This document shows, piece after piece, positions 15,801 to 31,300 of a stretch of DNA of 64,000 nt. Below the pieces are notes generated by a model that made no database searches, was not told where the DNA came from, and saw only the letters and a program-made list of their open reading frames with translations. A program made the translations under genes and the position numbers. Numbering within the stretch: position 1 is the first letter of the stretch; the number at the start of each line of letters is the position of its first letter. Origin of the DNA: Rhizophagus irregularis (Eukaryota); the NCBI RefSeq assembly GCF_026210795.1, contig NC_089429.1, positions 6,758,001-6,822,000 on the forward strand. Direction: 5' to 3'.

Positions 15801-18800
15801 ACGTCATCGGAGCAAAAAGGTAATGATAAGTGGTCTAGCGTTAATAGGTCTTTGTCGTTTGTGAGGAGTTTGGTTTTCTCTGTTGATTTTAATATTTGCG
15901 AAATTGTAAAATTCATCCGCAATTTTCAGATGATCCTGGAGAACCATGTTGATCATCCAGGTATCCTAGGAGTTTGGTATTGATGTTAATCATGTGATGA
16001 GATTCAAAAGAGAGTCTTGTGGCATAATTGCGCACATAGTGTATCCTCCATCATTAGTCGAATTAATACGCTCGAACATTGGATCGTAGTAAATGATCCA
16101 AAGTAGGGGGGATATGATTTCTCCTTGGATAATGCCTATATCTAGATCATAGGGTTCTGATAACAATTCATTTAGTATAATTTTGTTTGAGTGATTGGAG
16201 AAAAGATTAATAATGAAGGTTATAAATAGTTTTGGAATATTAATTCGTCCCAGAGCCTTTTCCAAAAGAGCACGATCGTATGCCTTGCTAAGGTCTTGGA
16301 GTAGAATGTGGAGTGTTTGTTTGTAGATTTCTGGTGATCTAGGATTGTTTTAATCTTTAGAATAATTTCATTTGTCGAAGATCAATGGACTCCGGCGAAG
16401 TTGTTTGGTTGTAGAATATTGGTAATGGCTAAATACGAATTTAGTCTTTGATTGAAGATTTTGACCATGAGTTTTCTAAAACAATCCAGTAAAATGATGG
16501 GACGCGTATGTTGAATATCATAGTTCTATCATGTTGGTTTCGGAATTGGATATAGATGTGCGGTATTTCATTGCGACGGAATGTATCCGTGTTGTAAAAT
16601 TGCGTTAAAAAGATCTACTATAATAATTAAAAAATTTGAAGGTAGATGTTTAATAATTTCATAGCTGATGTTGGAGGGTCCTGCAGCTTTGTTGATAGGT
16701 AAGTCTTTTATGATTGGTAGTAATTCATCTAACGTGATAGGTATTATAAATTTGTCAATTGTATTTTTGACAGATATGTTGGCGCGGACGGTAAAATTCA
16801 ACCCAGCTTCTGGCATCGGAAGCAATGGGTTGTATCGATCTGGTGAACTGCCAGTTTTGCCGATATTTTTGTAATGATCGATGTGCGGCGTTCGATTCCT
16901 GTTGATATTGCGTAAAGAAAAGTGTGCCTTCTTCATCTTCGAAGACAAGGCGGTCGATTATAATTTTCTTTGGGCTTCGGTTAAGGAGATTATTTTTATA
17001 TCATATTTTTCTTTTTCTTTTTTAAGGTTAGTTTCAATCGATGTTTGTAAAAAATTCAAATTTGTAAAATGTGTGAGAAATGTGATAAATTAATGTTTTG
17101 TGGCCAATTGAAATTCTGATGTAGATCTTGTGTGATGTGTTTTCTTCCAGACTAATATAGGTTGTGTCGGAATGTTAGGGGATTTTGGTAGAAAAATTTT
17201 ATTAATCAATCTAATTTGTTTATTTATAAATCTGGAATTGTTTTCTAGGACTCTGCTGATAAGGATATTGATAGCGATCGCTATGTTGATTTTTGATGAT
17301 CGGAAAATTTGCTTTTTTAATAGCATGTGTAATGGCTTGTTGAATTCGTTCAAATTCCTTATTGATATAAGTCTAAGGAATTCGGGTAGTGTTGGGATTG
17401 GAATAATATTCGTCCCATAATGTATTATGGAAATCATTCCAAATTTCAGGAGTGATTTTTTTGAAGTTAATCTTGTCGTTAAATCTGAGATTGTCTGTGT
17501 TGGTTTCAAATTTTTCATCTTTCAGTGATTTTTGCCTATGATCGCGCTTGATATAAAAATATTGGTAATATCGTGATCAGAGGTAAAGTTTTGTTGATAT
17601 TAGCAAAAAAGTGTTGAAAAAATAAAGTTTGTGAAATGAAAATGGGGTCTATGTAAGAATTATGTCCGCGAGAATTAGCCCACGTGCTGATAATTGATGG
17701 ATTGAATTTCTTGAGTGCGTCTAAATAATTGTGTCTTTAATAAATGAAAAATATCTTTGTGAGATTTGTTTGTTGACGTAGAATCGTTTGTGGTATTAGT
17801 TTTCGTCGGTTCTATGTTGAAGTCCCCTATAATGATCGTTTTGATATTAGCGTGATTTTTTGCTTGTTTGATATGTTAGTCTAATTGGTTGTAAATGCAG
17901 TTAGTATTTGGAGGTATTTTCCGATGATTTAGAATTTTTTGGAGGGATGTATTATGTATATCGCAATGATATGAATTTGAATCGATCTTTTGAAAAAAAA
18001 AATTGATATGTATGTATCGACCAGGTATAAAAATAATTTTGTGGTAGTGTCTAAAAAGTTGATCTGAAAGTACAAGACAATTACGACTAGCGCTGTTTGA
18101 AGGGCTAGGGTTATTAAGGATATGAAATTTAATCAGAATTAGGGTCAAAGGGTGCAAAAAAATGACAATTATTTTCGATCATATAATCACATATGTGAAT
18201 GACGTTTGTCAAGCAAAGCGCCTTGAATATTATGAGATCAGATGCTAAAGAAAGGTTGGGAATTTAAATGAGAGATAAAACTATTTATATTAAAAATAGG
18301 AAAATGTGAACTTTGGTTATTTGAAAGAATCGCACTCGTACCGTTGTTATCAGAGTTGGGTTAAAATCAAAAAGGATTTACAGTAAGAAGTCCAAAATGT
18401 GAGTCGAGGTGAGAATTTATCTGCCGAAGAGGCATGAGACCCAGGTGCTATTGTTTGAAGATGTGTCGATTTGAGCTGTATTTTGTTGTGGTTCTACAAT
18501 GCCATTTACAGTAGCTGTTGTCTTCATTGTTGATATCATACATTTCGTTGTCGTTGTTGAAAGTGTTGTAGATTTTCCGTATAGAGTTAACGTTGACATC
18601 TGATGACTCTGATCGTTATAATATAAATGACTTTCATCAATGAAAGTCGCTGTCCCATTAGTGGAGATAGTATTATTAGTGTTTGTGTATGTGATTGGAT
18701 TTGGATTGTTACGTTGCATGGTCTGTGATTAAGTAGATGTACCCGGTGGTATAAAGTTTGTGTGGAATTGTTGGACGATAAAATCTAATTTTGTCCATGG

Positions 18801-18900
18801 TTAATTGCATTACCGAGAAATTGGATACGCCTTTGTTCGAGCGTGGCCGTTTGTGATTGAAGTACGTTGTGATTTTTGATAATGTTTTCTAATCATTTAT
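12801..18900 (-). mobile_element. Decayed non-LTR (LINE) retrotransposon: endonuclease-RT-RNase H-Zn finger, many stops and frameshifts
   Basis: Minus-strand fragments in order: APE endonuclease (IIGDFN ~17830, SDHDI ~17575); RT (KAAGPSNISYE, RPIILLDCFRK, QDLSKAYD, GIIQGEIISPLLW..YYDP, YLDD ~15955); RNase H-like (YSDGS ~14390, KVKAH ~14050); C-terminal CFLC..ETNLHLWQC. (AAAAT)n-like tail at ~12801-12823. The 5' boundary is approximate. Confidence 0.85.
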
Positions 18901-21189
18901 TGTGATCGTGAAAATTTCTTGATGCTTTCTCCTAATTTTTTTTTGAATTTTTTTTTTTTTGGTAATTGAGAAACTAATATACTTAATTTCCCATTTATTA
19001 AATTTGATATTTGTTAAATTGTTCTTATATAATCAGCATCACGGAGGAAGATTTTTGCTATATGTTATGATTTGATCCTTAATTCTTACGTTTGAGCGCT
19101 TTTTCCAGAAAATTTTGCATATAATTTCATTAATTGATATATTTGAAGATGATAAAATAATGAAAACTGTTTAAATGTGAGTTGCTAAACGGAATATCAG
19201 AATGTGAAAGAAGTTGTGCAATCGGAAATATGCACGTAACATTTGTCTAGATTTTTATTAATAAAAATAAATTTTCAAATTAGCTAAATGAATATGAATT
19301 TAATAAAATATTAACTTAGAACCTAATTAATACTACCTATCAATTTGTAATTTGAAAATACCAGCATATACTATATCAATGTTTCCAGCAAAATTTTAAA
19401 TTCTTGTTAAAATCTTTCCATATTATTTCTCTATATTGGTATTGCTAACAATTATTTAATTTGTTCTAAAGAAAAAAAATGACCAAAAATCGAATCGAAT
19501 AGGGCGTTGATAAATTAAGTTGATAATGAATTTATTGTAAATTCATTTAAGTGCTTAGGATGTTGTAGATATTAAAAGAAAGTAAAGAAAGTGGAGATGA
19601 AGATTGTATAATTTGTTCATTTTCGTTGCCATGTGAGAAAAACCATATTTGCCAATTTATTATGACCGTCGTCATAACATTCAAACAGTCGACCTCTAGT
19701 TCTACTACTCAACTCTTGGCCTAGCATGGAACGCATTATTCTTAATGACGCGGCAAAAGCTCGCTGAACAGGATATGTATATTATATGGTGGTTATAAGT
19801 AAGGGCTCATGGTATATTCATAGTAAGCAGACGATATTCTCGGGCAAATAATTTCGTCATGGGAGAAGGCAGTTTATCACATGTATTCCTACCAATACAA
19901 TTATGGCCCATCCATCTACCTATACCTCTCTCTACCTTTGCCTCTTTCTCTAATATTCTCCTTAATTTCTTCAATATAATCAACATTATCATTCTGTTCA
20001 TCGTTAATATCTAGCTGCAAAGCGTTCCATATTCTTCGTTAGTTTCCACGTATTTGAGCTTTTAAATTTTTTAAAGCTTTGTAGTGGCTATCAATTGTAT
20101 TTGATATACTTGTAAACTTGTTGCTCTACTCAAAACCATTTATCATTATTGGAGTTATTGCTGGTTGCTAAGGTGTTTAATCATTTCGTAAATTATCGCT
20201 TCCTCATTATTAGGTAAATTATTTAAATAAAATTAAAAAAAAAATCTTTGTTTGAAAACTACATTTGTACAATTTGCTTCTGGTGCATGATTAAGTTCAT
20301 TAAATTTATTAAATTTGAAGTAAAAAGTTGAAAGTGATAGGAAAATAAAAAATGGGAGATTCGGAGTTTTTATATTGTTTTGCATGCTAATTTCCGGTTT
20401 AATTGACCATAAAGTAAAGTAAATCATGTTGATCAATGCACCTGCGGATTTTTTTTTTTTTTTAGATCGGTATTTAGCATTATTAAAAGATGTATCAATT
20501 TGTATAAAGATAAAATAAAACATTAAGAAAAAGAAGAAGAAAATCCAGCTCTCCAATCTACGCACGTCAAAGATTATGGTAAGTGGCGAACTCAAGCACC
20601 TGCGGAATTTTGAAGATTCCGGAAAAACTTCACTATTGATAATCTTAGGCAAATTTGATCACATTTTTTGTGTAACAAAAATAAGTTTCGCATTTCGTTA
20701 CTATTTTGACAGTAATTAGTAGTCAAATTATATTGTTCTACGAGTATAATATTTTGTATCGTATAAATAAATTTAACACTTTCTATTCTTTGATTTTTTG
20801 AACAATAATAACTGATAACGTTATATGTCATTATATGTAAAAATTCTAAAAATAGTTAATATATGAATACATTGTCAAATTGCAAATTCGCCCAAGTAAA
20901 AAATATAGAACATTCGTTTTTAGTCCTTTTTTTTAAGTTGATCATGAGAAATCAAGACTTTTATCCCATGCCACTTGTATATTAATTATTAGGTTAATAA
21001 TACTTCTTTTTCTTGAAAAAAGAAATAATATATATATATATATCGTGCAATTGACAATTATAATATGCGTAAATAAATACATTTCATTTAATTTTTTTTT
21101 CGTTTTACACGTCCGTCAGTGGAAAATTCCCTCTTTCTTATATTTAACGTTATGAGCATGAATTCCATTACCCTTAAATTAAAAATTCA

Positions 21190-22477
21190 CTCAAGATATA
21201 ACGTAAAAATAATACTGATTATGATGTTATTTTTATTGTGGGCCGGAAACCTCTTAGAAGAATGATTGGTCGTTCTTTTGTTTTGAAAGTTATATAGTAA
21301 ATTACAAACTTTTAAATTTTCCGAATATACAGTACTTTTGAAATATTTGACAGAATCTTAAGGTAACTATTAATTGTCTCTCAATATTTATTTAACATTT
21401 AGACTAAGTTATTATAATAATTATTGTTTTTTTTATCCTAGTTTATCTATGGTAACGAAATTAATGTTTTGACCATGGATTCATTGATGATTTTCTTAAC
21501 CCTGATGAAAGCCGCAACGAACTTGGATCCATTGTCTTTGTTGAACTTAATTAAAGCCAAGCAACGTGAAAAGGGTAATCAGCATTATTGTCAAACGTTT
21601 CCAACTAACTGACATGATCGAATATCTTCAATCGTACCTTTATCGAAGCTCGATCAAGTTGGATCTACGAAAACATTTTTACTGAACATTTGATAACGAA
21701 GATTCTCAACAACTTAAAGATGGTCATCGGTCCTAAAAGACCACGGTCTCGCGGTCCTACACCTTAAAAAGACGGACCGGTCCGTCTTGATGTAGGACCG
21801 CGGTCTTTCGGTCCTGTAACACGTACAATAAGACCGACGGTCCTTTTAAGGACTGCAGTCTTTTTAAGACCGATCATTCTTTTTTCTTTTTTCTTTTATT
21901 ACTTTACTGGAACAGTCTTCCTTTATAAATGAACACTAATTATATAAATTTATAGGAACCATTCCAGACGTATATTATAAGCAAACAACATGTATTAAGA
22001 CGGATTTACTATACTTTATTAACGTTAATTTTCTTTTTTTCCTTGGAGACAGGGAGACAGTCTTTTCTAGAAGTTTCAATATGCATGTAATAACTTTTAT
22101 ATAAAGACCGATACAAAGACCAGGTCAGTCTCAGGACCGGTCCTACTGCGCCAAGAAAAAATGAAAGACCGCGGTCCGGTCCTACAAGTCCTGGGACCGA
22201 CCGGTCCAGGACCGAGTAGGACCTGTAGGACCGATGACCATCTTTACAACAACTACAACCGTTAGTTATCTATTTGATCTGTAAAGACACAAAATGCTTT
22301 CTCAACTTAGATCATTTCAATAAATTTTCTGAAGAGCAATTGATCAAGTTTTTACAAATAGATGGTTTATCAATTGAAGAATATGATTATGTTGGAATGC
22401 TGTGCACGTTTAATAAAATCATAACGTCTTCATCATCATCGGCGGCAGGATTCGTACGAGATCAAACTAAGAAATAA
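21190..22477 (+). pseudogene. Decayed BTB/POZ-BACK domain gene interrupted by a hAT MITE
   Basis: Fragment NNTDYDVIFIVG (BTB-start-like) at ~21210 and LICKDTKCFLNLDHFNKFSEEQLIKFLQIDGLSIEE (BACK-like) after the MITE; frames are broken. Confidence 0.5.
21715..22246. mobile_element. hAT-superfamily MITE (532 bp)
   Basis: 21-bp perfect TIR TAAAGATGGTCATCGGTCCTA / TAGGACCGATGACCATCTTTA; 8-bp TSD CAACAACT (21707-21714, 22247-22254); many subterminal GGACC/GGTCC motifs. Confidence 0.92.
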
Positions 22478-23596
22478 ACCAGGTGCCTTTCAATTTAAAG
22501 ATTATGAGGTATTTTAGTTGGTTTATGTCTAAATAATAAAGGCTCAGTAGAGCAAATTCATTTTCTTTGAGGGAATTCGATTTTGCTAATTCGGCTTCTT
22601 TTATTCTGCACGATTTTTTATTTGTAATATGAATTTTTAGTTTTGCAAATTAATTAAAATAATACAATTATAAGTTTCACGATTTAAAGCTATGTTTAAT
22701 ATATAGAACTCCAAAAAAATTATTATAAAAATAAATATATCACTTTCCGTTGAATCAGTTGTTGCAGCTGCTGTTTATGAACGAAATACAATTACTGTAT
22801 TAGGCATTGCGAAACAATTCCCAAGTAAGGGAGCATCTTCGTTAGCATTATTCACTTGTCTGTACAGGTTCTCTTTTTTCAAATATTACTAAGTCGTAAT
22901 CTTCCAAAATTTCCCTCCATTTTAACCTGCATCAATAGGGTGTGAATTTGCAAAACTATACACATATAAAAAAACACGTTGAATCACACCACCTACAGGC
23001 TACAGGTATATACGAAGCTGCAAATTTGCGAATATTACTTAATAATGAAAATTCTCGCATTTTTTTAATAACAAAAAATTCCGTATTTTTTAACAAAATT
23101 AATTAGAACTGAACATTTAATACCTCAGTTATAATATAGTATACCCACTATATACTATTTAACTTTTTTTTTTTAATTTTACATATTATATTTATTCTAA
23201 TTTTTATAATAAAAATTAGGTTTTAATTACATAAAATCGTGTATTTACACAATTTTTTAAGGTGTAAATTGCCGAAATTTTCTATTTATATAAAATACAT
23301 GTAATTTTTTAAAATACAAAATACTAAGAATATTTTGACCAATATAATTATATGTAAATTACTCAAAATTGTGTATTTACACAATTTTTTATTAATGTGT
23401 AAATTACTTAGGTGCTGTCAGATATTACCCAATATTTTAGGGGGAGGGGGGGGGGGTAACTAAAGATCTTAGGCATACAATATTATATAAGGAATTATAT
23501 AACATATCTTATGGGGTATCAGGGGTAAGCTTTTATATTAATGTGTAAACTACATGAAATTGTGTATTCACATTTAAGGTACTTTGTGATGTTTAC

Positions 23597-23731
23597 AAAT
23601 TTGGACTCAACGCACGCAAATCAATCGTAATAAATTTGGACTCAACGCACGCAATCAATCATAATAAATTTGGACTCAACGCACGCAATCAATAATAATA
23701 AATTTGGACTCAACGCAAATCAATCGTAATT
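23597..23731. repeat. Minisatellite, ~34-bp unit x4 (AAATTTGGACTCAACGCACGCAATCAATCRTAAT)
   Basis: Directly visible head-to-tail copies with no unique spacers. Confidence 0.9.
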
Positions 23732-24646
23732 TTGGCGCAGTGCATGATAGTTTTACAAATCTGGATTCAACATAATTTTCTATTTTTGGCAAAATTTACA
23801 TCATCATATAAAATCTCTCCAATAATATATTTTATATCAAAAAGAAAGAAGGCTTTTATTTTTAGATCAGGGACTACTTAATTAGGAATTGTACAAGTTA
23901 TTTAATAAATAAGATTTATAGATTATGCACGGTATAACGTAATAAATTAAATAAATTTGTATGTTATTTCTACAGCGAAATGCAATTACATCAAAATATA
24001 TCCCTTTGAAAATACAGGGTTTCAAAAAAATTAAAATTTTGTAAGACCTTCAGAAAACACCAAAATATGTGAGAAATGACTGGCTATTTACGTTTTTGTT
24101 AAATTTTTTTTTCCTCCGGAATCCCGAAAATGCCAAAGTTCATATTTTTCTTATTAAGGATCAATATAGGTTAAGCACATTATTATTTATCATGCTTCGA
24201 ATCGCAAAATACGTTAGAAAAAACTTTTTGTAGAACCTTCTAAAGTTTTTTAAATGAAATGATTGGTTCTTTAAACAAAGAAATATTGATTCGTACAAAT
24301 TTACTGGATAGCGCATTTATTTTGACTTAACCCTAGTCCTCCTTTTTTGTATATATTGTATATATTGTATATTTATATTATCGATAAAGATTCTGTTGTT
24401 TAAAAATTTATTTATATAATTTAATTTAATTTAATACACCGGAGTTTCGGATTTCAACCTATTAAAATTTAATCCAAAAAAAGTATTTATAATGTTACAT
24501 CTGCAAATTTCATACCCCTAAAATATGAGGCTTCTTTTCTAGATCTGAAAAAAAAAATTACATATAAATACGATATCAAAACAATTATTCATTTTTAAGA
24601 ATTTCTTTACCTAAATAAATATCTTCATAAAATTCTTAAAAAAATA

Positions 24647-25351
24647 ATGAAAGAAACCAAAAATACTTTAAATCACAAAGAATTTTTAAAAGTAAAGAAT
24701 AATCCGCCATGTAAATTAAATATGAAGATTGATGATTTATTACGAGATAGATACAATAATAATTCGTATAATTTGTATCTACGAAATGTATTGGCGCAGC
24801 CTAATAAAAAGGGTCGCGGTAGTATATCTAAAAATTTATTAAATAAAATGTGGAAAGAGGAGTCCGATGAAATAAAAAAGTTCTTTAGAATTTTAGCAAT
24901 AGAAGGGAATCACAGATTCAAATTAAGAAACCCAAAATCGCCATCGACGCAACCGTCACCACAACCATCAAAAAAGAAATTACCGTTACTATTACCACGT
25001 CCACCATTGACCCAACCACATGTTTCTTACCAACCCAAATTATTATACGAATATTATCAACCACAACCATTATCTTCACATGACAAATACTGGAACATGT
25101 ACAAACTATCAGATGAGTTATGTCAACCACAACTGCAACCACAGCTTCAAGTTCAACTGCAACCGCAACTGCAACCGCAATTGTCAACAATACTACCGCA
25201 ACCATTGCCTCAACATATAAATTATCAACCGTTATCACATGAAGATAATCAGCTCCCAGAATTTTATTTACCGCCACTGCCAGAGCTATTTCCAAATAAT
25301 GAACACGAACAGCCACAGTCACCATTATATGACGTTTATTTTAATTGGTAA
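24647..25351 (+). CDS. Divergent HMG-box (MATA-HMG-like) protein with P/Q-rich C-terminus, 234 aa
   Basis: NSYNLYLR...SISKNLLNKMWKEESDEIKKFFRILA matches the HMG-box helix pattern; long intact ORF in AT-rich DNA. Confidence 0.7.
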   Translation: MKETKNTLNHKEFLKVKNNPPCKLNMKIDDLLRDRYNNNSYNLYLRNVLAQPNKKGRGSISKNLLNKMWKEESDEIKKFFRILAIEGNHRFKLRNPKSPSTQPSPQPSKKKLPLLLPRPPLTQPHVSYQPKLLYEYYQPQPLSSHDKYWNMYKLSDELCQPQLQPQLQVQLQPQLQPQLSTILPQPLPQHINYQPLSHEDNQLPEFYLPPLPELFPNNEHEQPQSPLYDVYFNW

Positions 25352-28300
25352 AAATTATAAAAAAAAAAATTATATATAGACCATTTGATATGATGGGTAA
25401 TCTTAAGCAATATAAGTTATCATATAAGTAATATAAGTTATAAGACATATAAGTAATATAAGCTTTTATTTATTTGTAATTTCATGAAATATTTCTTTTT
25501 ATATTTGTGATATTTTATATTTAAATTATTATTTATAATTAATACCTGATATCGACTTTCATATTTTACTTTTATAGTTTTTAGCATAGTATGTGTGTGA
25601 TAGCTTGATGAACGGTAAGGCTATTTCTATTGGAACATTAGTAGAGTTAATAAAATATCTCTCTAATTTTAATAGGAAATTTTTAGTTCTATTGTCTATT
25701 CCTACATATTATGTAATATAAGCTGTATAACGAATGATTTTTTTAACTTACAGCAGATTACGATTAAAAAAATTATGATTTGCTAATTTAAGTTCAATTT
25801 CATATTCTTATTGATGTGAATTCTAAGTAAAGAAAAAAAACTTTGTAATTAAACAATATTTAATAACAATTGAAATTTTCCTTGCATGTCGGTATGTTGA
25901 ACATATTACTGTATTTAATTTTTACATAGTACAAATGAACACGTATTTCCTTTGCAGGATCCGATCGTTTCTAGGGATAAAGAATGTTCCATGGTGGAAT
26001 TTTTACATTATAATAAATCGAAATTATTATCAAACTTTTTTTTATTCGAGTTATTTGAAAAAACATTTTTTTTTTACCGATATACAGTATTTATTGATTA
26101 ATTTATGTTATAGTTCGATATTTTGGAAATGAAATCTTGTTCCATATTACTAAAGTCATGATGCTTCCATATCCTGTATATATATTCTTAGGAATTATCA
26201 TCAAGTCCTTTTTTTCTTTTTTTTCTTCAATTTCAATATCAATGTTTATTATCATCTTACATTTATACTGTATAATTCTTGAGTTAAATGAGAATAATTG
26301 CACGTTAAAAGTATTATTCTAAAATATTAACTAAGAAAGAATTTTAATTCTAACTCTAGATTATTATTAATTAAAAATTTTTGAATATTTTCTAAACTAA
26401 TGATGATAGTATTTTGTCAATTTAATATATTCTTATTTGATAATAAACTGAATTTACCGTAATCATCTAGTAATAATAGTAATCTATATAATATGAGTCC
26501 ATAGAAGTGTCAAAAATGACAATATATGCTATACTAAATACAATTTCATTTTAAAATGCAGGATAATTTTTAAATTAGAATATTTACAAAAAAAAATACA
26601 GTGCTTTTCCATATAAAGTAAAGCATTATTTAAAGTATTCTTATTATATAAAAAGTAATCTATTACAATTACATTTACATGTGCCGCCATATACGCATGT
26701 AACATTTGGTAACATGCATTGGAAAAGAGCTTATTTATTGCGCTTTTCAAAATTGTGCTACCCCTTATAGGTCATCTGATAAAAAAATCATTAGATTACA
26801 GGACGATTACCGCCTGTAATCGTCCTGTAATTATAATCACTCAGAAATCACAACGTACACAGAATTCTGAAAACTGCGATAAATAATTTTGCAATTTTAT
26901 TATATTTATAAATTTATATATATACTGTATATATTTTTTATGTAAAGACAAAAATTTTATGTTAAAAATGAAGGGTTGTGGGTACTAGGTACTGTTGGTA
27001 CGAATTGAATTGTACCTGTGACGATCTTGCAACTGTACCCATATCTGCATCGTACTTGTACCAATTATAATCTTTTTCCTGGTGATGCTACCGACTACCG
27101 AGACATACGTGATTGATTTTGCCAGATTAAAATTGAACAACTGAACTGAGAATAAAACAAGACGAAAAAATTATACATTTTTTTTATTTTTTATTTATTT
27201 ATTTATTTTTTTTTTACAATATATATTACTTAATAACAAATAAACAAAAAATAATTATAAATCAACCAGAGATCGGAGCGCCACCTTTAAGACCTTCAAG
27301 ATTTACCGTCAAATCAGAAAATTTTATTATTGTTTGCAAAAATGATCTTAATCCAATATGGTTTAATAGAGAATAAAGAATAATTACCAGCCACAATAAA
27401 TATTTTCTTTAAGACCATGGCACAGTAGTACACTATACATATTGGCTAATACATTTACTATATTTACAGAGCTGTCAGATTAAATTACAAAAATTTATTC
27501 TCTTGAAAATACAGTAAGTTTAAATGATCAAAAAAAACCTTTCCCTAATTTATTTCTATTTGTTGTATTTCATGCGAGTTGGCGAAAAGCACTTGGTAAT
27601 TTTCCGTCTTTTGATACTTTAAAAGGGCACTTTTATCACATGATTATGTTTAGTAAATCAAATATTACTATATTACTTTACCCGTTTTGATATAGTTCTA
27701 AGGTAAGATACTAATTTTATTATTTGATTAAGTTGTTTTCAGTTAATTTTATAGCTCAAAAAAAAAAAATTAATTTCGCCTAGATGTTTTTTAAGTTAAG
27801 TTCACCTGTGTAAATATATCTAAAAAAGGTGAATAATTTTGAAGTTAACTAATCGAACCACACAATTTCATTCGATATTCGGAGGTAAATAGTCTTTTTT
27901 TATTTGTATCTTTTTTAATAAATAGGCGTTAGTAACTAACGTTTCATCTTTTCCAGGTTTTGGCCGATCTTTGGACAGTAAGCTTATGAAAGATTTTGAA
28001 GGTATTACTAATTCGAAATTTTTTTATATGAAACGTTATTAATTGCCACTTCATTCTTTTTATAGGTTTCAGACGTTGGATTTAATGAGGATAAAACTTT
28101 ACAAAAGAAGCCGAAAACAGGTACTTGATTCCTATTTCGAAGATAAACTTTCGAAATTCTATTTGGAACGCGGGATGCTATTTCAACGTTTCGAAGGTAT
28201 TGAAACTTCGAAGTTAATAATTTTTGTTATTTTACTGAATCAAACGTTAGCTAACAACTTCGTTTTGTTTTTTTGTTCTGAACTCTGGTAGAATCTTCGA

Positions 28301-31300
28301 ATTGATTTTTCTTTAATTTTTTTATCGAAATGTTTATTAACGCTTCGTTTATTCTTTATTTAGGTTTTAAGATTTCGAAATCTTGAACGAACATAATTGG
28401 TAAGTTCGTCGAATTCGACATATTTTTTACAGATATTTGCTTTTTTTATTTTTTAAGAAAATGTCTTATTTCATTTTCCTCTTTAGGACTTACAATTAAA
28501 TCAAAATTGGATGGAATGTATAGAATTTCGAAGGTATTTACTTTCAAAAAAAGTTTTTTATAACGAAATGTAATGCATTTCGATTTTCTCTTTTGTAGGT
28601 TCGTATACGGCTTTTTAGACGCTTTTTGAGCACTTCAATTTTTTTTAATTTTTAGTTCTTTTGTTAAAACGAAACACTAGTTGGCATTTCGCATTTTCTC
28701 TGCTTTTCTTACAGTCAGTCAGCTTCCTGGACTTGGACGCCATTTTTGAAGGTATATTATTTTCTTTGAAATTAGGTATGACTTCGAAAATTTATATTGT
28801 ATCTTCCTTCTTATTATTTAGGTTTTTTAACGAAATGATACTAACATTTCAGTTTCTTTTTGCAGGATTTTCAGGATTCCAACTTCTTTGAAGGACTGAA
28901 AGTGAGATCGTGTTAACGCAGTTTGTTATTTTTCTGTAGGTTTCTATTTCAAAATCTTAAGTGAATGAAATGGCGAGTTCATCCTATTATTTTTTACTAT
29001 TGCTCACAAATTGTGAAATACTAATTAAAATACATGATTGCACTTACTATATAATGAGATAGTAAATAAACAATTACAATAATTAAATAAAATTGTTAAA
29101 GAATTTCGCAGAATCATTTTTGAGAACTTTTTGCTTACAGATCTGCGCAGAAATTCTTTTAATTTTTTGTGACGCGTAACGGCATGTCCTCAGATTTGCG
29201 CAGAAACAGACTCTGCAGAAATGCGCAATCTGATTTTTCCCAGTACGGATGAATCATTGTTCCTTACATATCGTTAATACCTTTTTAAAAAACGGGAACA
29301 ACAGCTTTAAGTGCAGCACGCATGGAACAGGTCTTTTAAATTCCTCGAAGAAGTAAACAAGACATGGATAAAACAAGGAAACTATCCTTTATAATATAAG
29401 TAATATAAATAATTAGTCTAAGAAGATTCTATTTTAAAAATATCTGATCTTCACATGAAATTTATCATATCAATCAAAAGATTTACATTATTCATTGATT
29501 TATGTGAAATTGTGGCGTATTACGGGTATAAATGATCAACCGTTAGGGCTGATCATTTTTGATTCTAGTGTATAACTTGTTTATCTATACAAATATAATC
29601 GTTCAACCGATTCGTAACCAGATTACATCTATGTAAATTTCTGGCTTGTTAGTCCTTAGCTGTTTCTTGGTTGTCGTCTATGCTAGCACTGCCCAAGGAT
29701 CTTCCCGGTTATGTTGATTGAATAGTAGAATAATTCGCTCATAGTCACAAGTGCAGTAAAATTTACGACAAGCCAGCATGGTCGCAGTTATAGATTGGCT
29801 TTTGAAGGCTTTTTGGGGCTAATTATGGGATGTCTCAATATCTCGCTTCCCGTCTGCAAAGTTTCATTTAAAATCTTTTTATGAATCCACTTACTATGAT
29901 CTCTTCTTAATGATGCAGCATGTCTGTAAGCCTCTTTTTTCAAAAAACAAGTTTTTTATCATTAATTTATTTACTGCCAAGGTCTATATAATGGGCCCCA
30001 ATTCATTGAATTCTCTTTAAGCTCTTCATTCGCGAGTTTCCTCTGGTAAGAAGTTGTTTGGCGATAACAATTAATTATTCCAATCATTTTGATACATATT
30101 TTTTTTTTATTTTTACAGCGAGTCAGAGTATTATAGAATGAATAATAAGTTACCGAAAGGAAGGTAGTAACCTGATTGATAACTTATCGAATACTAGAAT
30201 CAACCAAACACCATTAGAATCAATCAAAACAACCATTCGACAGCCAATTGCTTAGAATCAACCAAACTCAAATTTAACCTATTCAACAATCGAATTCTTA
30301 ACGTTAATTAAATCTATTCAAACAATCTAGTGCTTAGAAATTAGAATCAACTATATCTGTAAGTGACTATTTTCTCATTTATCACTTTACAATGTAATTA
30401 TAAACTTTAACAAACTTCCTTTCCCTTTTAATTTACAAAAAAGATTTCAACATTCATTAATAGAGGGCGAAGATACTTAATTGACCTTAATCCAAAGCTG
30501 AATCCGATTTAAAGAACCAATTTTTTTTTTAACAACTAATGATAAACTAATATTAATAGATGCCAGGAAATAATTGTGAAACCAAACTTAGTATTAATGG
30601 ATAATGCCAGAGAATGAAAACCGCGTTTTTTTTTAAATTAAAAATTATGTGAATGAACAAACCAAATATTTAACATCTAGCGGGTGTCATAAATAATCAC
30701 CTGCGAAACCCTTGTTTTTAGAACTTATGGTTTATTTCATTCAAAGAAATTAAGTTTTTTCCTTTAAATTTACCCACGATTTGTACTTTTTATTTATTTA
30801 ATTAAGTTTTTATTTTTATTTATTTATTTTTATAATATAAAGACGAGAATAGAAAATAATAGAGAATAGAACTAATTTTTATTTATCTTTTTAATCAAAT
30901 AAATTTTGTTAATTGTAATCAACGTGATAATATTGTAATTCTCATTAATTTAACAAGCGTTATATATATATAAATTAAATTTATTTTAATGATAAAATTA
31001 CGTCTCAAATGTCAGAAGAAAGCGACACCAATATTACAACTTTGAGTAATTTATATTAATTCCTACTTATTATTTTTTCATTATTAATTGTCGTCGACAA
31101 TTATTTCGTTTTGTTTTTGCGCACGCATCCTACTTGCGATGTATTTTTTTTTTGGTCTGACCTACTACTTATAATTTTTTTCTGATTTGTTTGTTGCCTT
31201 CTCTCCAATTATATTGATTTCTTTCGCATTAATTGCATTTATTTTGCCCTATAAAAATAGAATATCCGGAAATTGTCGTCGAGAGTGTCCGGAAAATGAA

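Noticed and set aside
23597..23731. Repeats of CRISPR-like length
   Set aside because: Head-to-tail units without unique spacers, no cas genes, eukaryotic context: a minisatellite.
27460..29245. Possible non-autonomous element rich in TTCGAA motifs
   Set aside because: I could not define convincing TIRs or a TSD.
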